From NCBI GenBank assembly GCA_965237415.1, contig CBDEFM010000002.1:800001-864000 (forward strand): a DNA stretch of 64,000 nt, given 5' to 3'. How positions within the stretch are numbered: the stretch's first letter is position 1; each line of letters opens with the position of its first letter. Below are positions 27,701-36,700 of the stretch, piece after piece. Under the pieces are notes generated by a model, which saw only the letters and a program-made list of their open reading frames with translations, was not told where the DNA came from and did no database searches. Source of the stretch: Alphaproteobacteria bacterium (GTDB lineage Bacteria > Pseudomonadota > Alphaproteobacteria > UBA828). The position numbers were made by a program, and so were the translations under genes.

Positions 27701-30700
27701 CGTCCGACGCCGTCGCCAGTGCCACCGCCGTCACCACCGGGCCCGACACCGCAACCGCATTGCCCGCCGCGTCCACATCGACCGCAAGCACCGCCGCCAG
27801 ACTCCGGCGCGCGCCCGACTCAGCCGCGCCCGCCGCGAGCCGCACCGTGTAGCGGCCGGCCTGCGCCGCCGCCACCCACGCCGTCCACGCCCGGCCCGTC
27901 TCCGCCTCCGCGAGATCCGATACCGCCGCGGCATCGCCGCCGACCCGCGCCGCACTCATATCCGCCGCGGCAAGGCCCGCCACCGCATCGGCAAAGGCGA
28001 CCCGCAGCCGGAACCGTCCGGCCTCCGCCGCCCCGTCGCCGACCGCGAGCGTCGCCGCCACCGGGCGCCGGTCCACGACCGCATCCGTCGCGGCGCTCAC
28101 GAGCGTCTCCTCCGTGCCCTTGTCGTCGGTGAACGTCACCCGCACCTTGACCGTCTTGCCGGCCTCGGCCGGCGTCAGCGTCCAGGTGGCGTCGGTCGCG
28201 CCCTCTATCTCGCTGTCGTCCGTCCCGTCGTTCGCCAGCCACTGGTAAACGAAAGTCACATTCTCCAGACCGTCCGCATCCGCGATGTCGTCCGCCGATG
28301 CCGTCAGCTCCTCGCCCACCTCGGCCGTGCCCGAGATCGCCGGAAGACCCGCCGGCGCCGTGTTCGACGCCTCCGTCTCGTTGGTCGCCGCCGCGCCCGT
28401 GAACCCGGCCGCGGCATTGCCCGCCGCGTCGCGCAGCCGATTGGCGCCGGCATCCGCGGGCACCGTGTAGCCCACCGTCACCGTCTCGCCCGACACGACG
28501 CCTGAGGCGAGCGTCAGCTCCGCCGCGCTGCCCGATACCGCAACCCCGTCGACCGTGCGCGCCGTGTCCGCCACCGTCACCGCGAACGAACCCGCCGCCG
28601 GCGCCGAGTCCTGGTTCAGCGCCTCGGAGAAGGTGAGCGTAAGCACCGCCCCGTCCACCGCGGCACCCGTGAGCACGGGCGCCACCCGGTCCTGCACCGT
28701 CGCCCCGGCCTCCGCCGCAGCACCGTCGCCCGCCGCGTTCACCGCCCGCACCCGCACCGCATACGCCGTGCCGTTGGCGAGGCCCGCGATCGTATGGCCC
28801 GTCGCCGCCGGGTCGCTCAGCACCGCCTGCCGGGTCGACGTCTGCGACCCGTCCCAGGCCTCCGTGCCCGACTTCCACTGCACCCTGTAGCCGGTCACCT
28901 CGGACCCGCCATTGCTCTCCGGAGCCGTCCAGGAGACCGTCAGCTCCCGCTCCCGGCCTTCGCCGGTCGCAGCCGCGAGGTCCACCGGCGCCGACGGCAC
29001 CGTCGCCGCGACCGCCTCCGTCGCTTCGCTGACCAGCGTCTCCACCGTGTCCTTGTCGTCGGTGAAGGTCACCCGCACCTTGAGCGTCTTGCCGACATCG
29101 CTTGGCACCGGGGTGTAGCTCTCACCGGTCGCGCCCGCGATCGCCGTCTCCACCGTCCCGTCGTCCGCAAGCCACCGATACGTGAACGTCGCGGTCTCCA
29201 GACCGTCCCCATCCGCGATGTCGTCCGCCGATACCGTCAGCTCCTCGCCCACCTCGGCCGTGCCCGAGATCGCCGGAAGCCCGGTCGGCGCCGTGTTGAC
29301 CCCGTCCTTCGCCCGCGCCACCACCACCCGGTAGCGCCGCACCGTCCCGTCCGCCGCCGTCACCGTCACCTCGACCAGCGCCTCGCCCTCCGGCACCGCC
29401 ACCTGGTAGTCCGCCAGCGCCGCATCGGCATCTTCAGCCGGCCCGTACGTCACCGCCGCGCCGCCGCCGTTCGCCGACGCCGTCACCGTCACCGTCTCCG
29501 CGTCCGCGTCCGCGACCGCCCGGTAGACCAGCACCCCGGCATCGAAGGCCGGGCTCAGCGCCGCGCCCCCGACCGCCAGCGACGCCAGCGTCGCATCCGT
29601 CGAGACCGCCGCCGCCGAGGGCTTCGAGACCCGCGCCGCCACCGTCTCCCCGTCGCTCCACGCGATATCCACGTTCTCCAGGGTGAAGCTCGAGTTGCCG
29701 CCGGTGTTGTCCGGGAAGCCCAGCGACACACCGCCCACGTGCAGCGTCAGCGCCTCCGCATCGTCAAGCCCATCGTCGAAGCCGAGCCTCAGCTTGCGCG
29801 CCGGCGGGTCGTACCACAGCCACTTCGCCCGAAGCCCCGCACGGCCCATCTGGTTCGAGAACAGGTCCGCCGACCCCGCGCCGATCGCGCGCGGCCCGTA
29901 TTCCACCACCGTCATGTCCGCCGACCAGACGGTCACATCCGCCGCCGCCGCGACATCGACCGGCGCCACATCGTCGTCGAGCACCGTCAGCGACGCCGAC
30001 ACCGCCCCCGGCGCGAGTTGCCAGCCGCCCCCCGACGCAAGGCGCGCCGTCACCCGGCTGTCCGTCTCCTGCACCGCGTCCGCCGCCGTCGGCACCCGGA
30101 ACTCCGCCTCCCGCGCACCCGCCGCAAAGGTCGCGCTCTCCGGCACCGCCGAGCCCAGCATCGCGCCCGACTCTTCCACCGACACCGGAACCGTCAGCGC
30201 CTTGAGCGCGCTCCCCTGCCGGGTCAGCCGGAACACCGCGTCCGCGCCCTCCGCCGCATAGTCCGAAGCCGCCGCGATCGCCACCTCCGAGATCAGCGAG
30301 ACCGTCACCGTCACCGTATCCTCGGCGTACAGCCCGCCCGCATCCGTCGCCCGCAGCGTGAACGCGAGCTCGGTCTCCGCCGCCAGATCCGACGGCGCCG
30401 TGAACACCGGCTGCGCCGCACTCGCATCCGACAGCGTGACGCGCGGGCCGCCCTCATCGGTCTGCGTCCACGCATAGCTCAGCCTGTCGCCCGCATCCGG
30501 GTCCGTGCTCGCGCCCGCATCCAGCGTCACCGCAGCACCCTCGCGCACCACGCTCAGGTCCGCCGTCGCCTTCGCAACCGGCGCCTCGTTCGCATCCGCG
30601 AGCGTCACCAGCAAGGACGCCGTCGCGCTCTGCGCGCCCGCGCGCACCTCGACCGTCACCGCCCAGGTCCCGTCGCCGTCCGCATCGTCCGGCGCCTCGA

Positions 30701-33700
30701 AGTCCTTCGCCGCCCGCAGCGCGAGCACCCCGTCCGGGTCGAGCGTGAACGCCGCGCCGTCCGCGCCGCCGGCCGTCCCCTCCGGGATCGACCAGGACAC
30801 CGATTGGCCGGTCCCCGTATGCGAGGCGCCCAGCGTCGTCACCGCCGTCGTGCCTTCCGCCACCCTGAACGGGCCCGGCGTCGTCACCCCAAGCGCCCCC
30901 GCCGTCACCGTGAACGACACCTCGAGCGAACCCCGCTCCTCACCGCGGCCCTCCGAGTCCGCATACGCGGTCGCGGTCAGCGTGTACGACCCCGGCGGCA
31001 GCCCCGCGCCGTTCACCCGGCCGGCCCCGTCGCCGTAGAGCGACCAGGGCGCCGCGTCGTCGATGCGCGTCACCGTTTTCACGCCCGTGAGTTCCAGCCG
31101 AACGCTCCCCGGCGCCGCTCCCGGACCCATCTCCGCCCGGATGCCGTAGCTCGGCGCCAGCCACTCGCCCAGCGCCACCGTCGAGCCCTCCGCAAGCACC
31201 ATCAGGTCGCCGTTCGTGCCCGCGTCCACCAGCGTGAACCCCGTGAGTTCGGCCGGCTCGCGCTCGCTGTTCAGGATCGTCGCCACCGCCTCCGCGTCCC
31301 CGAGGACCGCGTCCCCGTTGTTCGCATCGCTCCCCGTCGGGTTGCTCAGCACCAGCCGGAAGGTCTCTCCGCTGTCTTCTTCCCCGTCGTCCACGATCGG
31401 CACCAGCGCCGTCTGCTTCCGCGTATCGCCCGGCGCAAACGTCAGCGTCCCGCTCGTCGCCGCGTAGTCCGTCGGCGCCACCGCCGTGGCGTCCACGGTC
31501 GTGTATTGCACCGTCACCACCCCGGTCGCCGCCGGATCCAGCGTCACCAGGAACCCGACCGAGCCGTCGGCCTCGTTCACCGCCGTGTCCAGGACGTTCA
31601 GGGTCGGCGGCCGGGTGTCCCACGACCGCTCGACCCAGCCGCTCACACCGCTGCTGCTGTAGGCCCGCACCCGCGCGGTGATCGGACCGCGCCGCGACGC
31701 GCCCAGGGGAAGCGTCACGCTCGTCGCCGTCTGCAGGCTCCGGTTCTGGTTTGCCCGGTCGCTGTAATGCACGCCGTGACGCCACTCCACCAGGTAGCCG
31801 GTCGCACCGCTCACCGCGTTCCAGCTCATGACCGGGTTTCCGAAGCCGCCCGCCACCGGGTCGGCGATCGCCACGCCGGTCGGCTCCGGCAGCGTCGCAT
31901 CCGCCGGGCGGTCCAGCGAGACCCGCACCAGCCCCGTACCTTCCGAGACCAGGTACGAGCTGGTCGTGGTGACCTCCTTGTGGACCGAGTGGTTGTAGAC
32001 CACCGCGAAGGGCGCGCTCAGCAGCGCATCGTAGCGCCGGTCCGCCGGGTAGTCCTCCAGCGCCCGCGCCGTGACCGTCACCTCGTGCCAGTTGTTCGGC
32101 GTGCCCGCATAGATGGGGATGAAGTCCGTCGCCCTGTCCGGGAAGTTGGTCATATCGTAGACCTGGTCCATGGTGAGGGGTTCGCCGTGCTCGTCCCTTC
32201 TCCAGTCGTCGAATTCGCTCTCGCAGCTCAGATTCGTCATCACCGACGGGTCCACGTCCATCGGGCTCGCCCGCAGCCGCCCCGCCGGCGACTGGATCCT
32301 GTTCACGATCACATCGTGGATGCCGCTGCAGGGCTTGAGCCGCACGCGGTACCTGCCGCTCCCACCCATGCGCACGTACAGCTGCCTGTCCGGGGCATCG
32401 CGCCAGACCCCGCCCGCGAAGACCTGCGCGTCCAGCGCGTCCACCGCATAGGGGCTCCGCAGCGGCGTCTCGCCCGCCCGCGCCGTGCCGTACCACCTCG
32501 ACTGCATCCGCGAGGAGTCGAAGTCGGGCGAGAAGTCGATGTCCACCCGGTACCAGCTCCCCGCCTCCAGGCCGCTCAGCACCAGCGTGACGTCGCCCTT
32601 CTTCGTCAGACGGCGCTCGGTGTAGGCCACCGCGCCCGTGCCGGTGTTCTCGTAACGCACATAAAGCTTGTTGCCGTCCGGGTTGAGCACCCGGAAGCGC
32701 AGCCACAGCGTCGAGTCGTCCGGCGTCTGCAGCCAGAAGCTCTCCACCACCGTCGGATCGAGCGTCGCCACGTTCGACCACGGGCCCGTCTTGCCGTTGA
32801 TGTTGATCACCTGCACCCGGTAATGGTTCTCCCGGATCACGCCCGGCGCCAGCACCTGGTGCACGTACTTGTGTTCGAACTTCCGCGTGTTCGGCACCAC
32901 CGCGTACCAGTTCGCCTCGTCGCCGCACGCCGTCCGGCACACCTCGATCCGGTAGCCCTGGATCTGCGCAAACGGCGCACTCGCGCTGTTCCTGGTGACC
33001 CTGTCGGTGGCGTTCGCGGGCCGGGTCCAGTTCAGCTCCGCCCGGCCGCTGTCGGTCGCCTTCACCTGCAGGACCTGCACCGCTTTCGGGATCCCCGTGA
33101 GCCGCGCCGTCGGCGTCCCCGGCGCCGAAGCCCACTCGCCGTCGCCGTGCAAGTTCACCGCGCGCACCTCGAACTCGTGGACCTTGCCGTTGGCGAGCCC
33201 CTCCACCCGGTAGCGCGTGTCCAGGCCCACCGACTGCCAGGCCCCGAACGTCCCGCCGTCCGTCTCGCGCCAGCGCACCTCGTAGCGCAGGATCGGGCTG
33301 TCGTTCGCCACCGGGTCCCACGACAGCGTCACGAACCCGTCGCCGGTCTGCGTCGACACGTCCGGCGCCAGCGGCGGGCCGTCGTCGTCGGTCACCGTCA
33401 GCACGAGCTGCGGGTTCGCGCCCTGCGTCACCCGCTCCGGCCGCGGGCCGAAGGCGAGCGTCAGCGTCTCGTTGCCCTCCACCGCCGCGTCGTCCGCGAA
33501 GCTCACCGTGAAGCGCGCCTCCGTCTCGTCGGCCGCGACGGTCACGTCCTCCGGCACGCCCTCAACCTCGTCCGCGGCGAGGTTCGCGCCCCGCGTCGCC
33601 ACGATCGGCAGCACCACCTCGCGCTCGGGCTCCGAGGTCAGCGTCACCGTGACCTCGACCGAACCGCCCTCCACGACGGAAGCCGTGGCCGTGCCGAAGC

Positions 33701-36700
33701 TCGCCGCCACGATCGGATGGTCGTCGTCCACCACCGTCAGCACCAGCTCCGCATGCGTGCCGGGCACGTAGCCCGCCGGCAGCGGGCCGAAGGCGAACGT
33801 CAGCGTCTCGTCCGGCTCGTCGAACGTGTCCTGCACCGCCGTCACCGTGAAGCTCTTCGACGTCTCGCCCGCGTTGAAGGTCACGTTCGCCGGCACGCCA
33901 ACAACCTCGACCGTTTCGGGCCCCGCGGCCTCGATCGGTACCGTCACCGTCGTCCCCACCGTTGGTGCGATGGCCAGCGTCACCGTCACCGCGATCTCCT
34001 CGCCCTCATCGACCGAGAGCGCCGCCGCGGCGAACGACACCGCCACGCCCACGATCGGCGTCACCATCACCTGGGCCTCGGCCCCGCCGCCGGCGACGTT
34101 CACCGCCCGCACCTCGAAGGTGTGCACCATGTCGTTGACGAGCCCCGTGAAGGTATGGCTGGTGGTGTTCGCGTCGCTGTCCTGAATCGTCGCCCAGGCG
34201 CCGAACGAACCGCTCCCCACCTGCAGCCGGTACTCGTAGCGCATCACCGGCTGGCGATGGTCCGGCACGGACGGCAGCGGCGCCTGCCACGTGAGCCGCG
34301 CCTCGGTGTCGCCCGCCTGCGCCATGAGATTTTGCGGCGCCGAGGGCGGCGTGTCGTTGTCGAGCACCGCGACCGTCGCCGAGGAGGCATCCGCGTCCAG
34401 CGTATGGAGGGCGAACGCCGACACGTCCGGCTTCAGGGTGAAGACCACCGCTCGCGGCTCCGTCTCCATCGCCGTGTTCGCGAGGGTCCCGAACGTCCTC
34501 GTTGCGGAGGTCACGCCCTCCTCGAGCAAGACCGAACTCGCCGGCGGGCCGCTCAGCACCCCGGCCGGGTCGGCGATCTCGAATGACACAGATATTGCCC
34601 CCCGATAGGCCTGCGTCGCCGTCACCGTCACGTCGAAGCCGCTGCCCTCCGTCACCGCCGCGGGGTCGGCCGAGATCGACAGCTCCGGCACCGGTTCGTC
34701 GTCCCGGTAGCTGACCGTCACGCCGCCGATCCGCGTGCCGAGGAACCGCCCCTCGAGTTCGCCCGAGACCCGCGACAGGTACAGATTGTCCTGGCGCGCG
34801 CTCACTTCCAGTTCGCCGCTCGTCCCCATGGCCGGGATGGTGATCACGTGCACGTCCCCGGCGCCCTGCAACGCGTACGCGGGCCACTCCGTTCCGCCCA
34901 CCGGGGCTTTGTTCCAGTAGAGCGTCACCGTCTGCTCGGTGCTGAACCGCACGTTGTTGGTGATCGTCACCCTCGCCGTGGCCGACGCCCCGCCCTCGGT
35001 GAACTGCGTGACCGCGTTGCCGCCCGAGTCGGTCAGCGTGAAGCTCCACTCCGGGTCCGGCGTCGTCCTCATGGCGGTCGCGGCGTCGCCGTTGCCGATG
35101 CCGTTCACCGCCCGCACCTCGAAGGTGTACTCCGTGTCGGCGTCGAGCCCGGTCACATCCAAGCGAATCTCGTTTGCGCCGCCCGGGACGTCCGTCCAGG
35201 TGGTCGACGGGGGGACCGAGCTGCCCGCCGCGTAGCGGTACTGGATCTTCTCGATCGGGCTGCCGTTGTGCCACGGCGTGACCCATGAGAGCTCCAAAAT
35301 GTCGGCGGCCAACCGCACAGGTGCCGTCGAAATTTCGTCAAAGTCCGCGCTGAGGCCCCCCGGCGCCTCCGGGGCGGTGGCCGCGAGGTTGTTGGTGACC
35401 GTCGTTTCGGCGAGCGATACCGCCTCGTTGTTCGCCGCGTCCTTGATCGGGTTGCTCCCCGGCTTCGCATAGGCGACGGTCAGGGTGTCGCCGGGGCGGA
35501 AGGCCGAGGCGAGCGTGAGCGTGACGGCGCTGCTGGAAATCCCGACCGTGTCCACCCCGCGGCCGACCCCGCCGACCTCGACGGTGAAGGCGGACGTCGC
35601 CGGCTGCGAGCCCGTGTCGAGCACTTCGCTGTAGGTCAGCACGACCTTGTCGGTGCCGCTGGTCCCCGCGCTCACAAACGTCGGCGCGGTGTTGTCCACG
35701 AGGCTGACGGCCATCGAGGACACGGCGTCGATGCCGTTGCCGGGCACGTCGGTGACGGCGTCCGCGTCCAGCTCCACCGTGATATTGGTGTCGGTACTCA
35801 GAAACGCCGTCATCAGCGTGATCTCGACCTTGGTGCTGTCGGTCGAGTCGATCGCGGCCCCCGTCGTGGTCTGGGTCGTGCCGCCCTTCTTCACCGTGAT
35901 CTTCATGCGGTCGACCGTGCCGATGGCCTCGCTGAAGGTGAGGACCACCTTCGTGAGGTCGCCTGAGGCGTTTGCGCTCGACAGCGTCGGCTTCACGCCG
36001 TCGATCTTGTGGTTGGAGTCAACCGGGAGGGCGGAGTGATCCCTGTTCACCCGCTGGCCGAGCGGTCCTACCACATATGTTACTGAGAAGAAGTCCGAGA
36101 AGGCGTTTGCGTTGACGGCTATCCCGTCGGTGTCGTACCAACCTTCGTCGACTGTGCCTACGCACACGAGCGTCTTCGTGTTCGTGCCGATCGCGCACGC
36201 GGCCTCCGGGTGGTCCTCCCCTGCGGTGTCCGCCGCGTAGTCCGTTTGATACGTGACGTATCCCGGTGTCCTGCTGGTGTTGCTTCCTCCGAGGCTCAGA
36301 TCCTTGTCGAAGGTTAGCGTGAACTCGATGTCGTCGCCGATGATGTAGGTCTTGTCGGTGCCAGGGTCCGAGGTGATCGCGACCGACGTGATTTCCGGCG
36401 GCGGTGTGGGTGTGGCGTTCGCCGACCCTGCGAGGCTCACCCCCGCGTCGCTCTTAGCCTGGATCTCGACGGTGTAGTCCGTTCCGTTGATGAGGCCTGT
36501 GACCTCGAAGTCGTTGAACGCATCTGCGCCGCTGAGTCCAGTGTCCGTCCAGGTCGACCATGTCGCTTCTGCGCCGGCGGTGGTCTTGTAGCGGTAGTCG
36601 TAGCCGGTGATGGATGACGTGCCTTCGGCCGGCATCGGCCAGTTGAGCACGAGCTTTGTGTCAAGTCCCTGTGCGCTGACCACGGGCGTGCCCGGCACGG

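Noticed and set aside
24495-34586. Very long plus-strand ORFs (1336 aa at 24495..28505, 1930 aa at 28794..34586)
   Set aside because: Arg/Pro/His-rich antisense shadows of the adhesin, caused by high-GC codon bias; no recognisable motifs.
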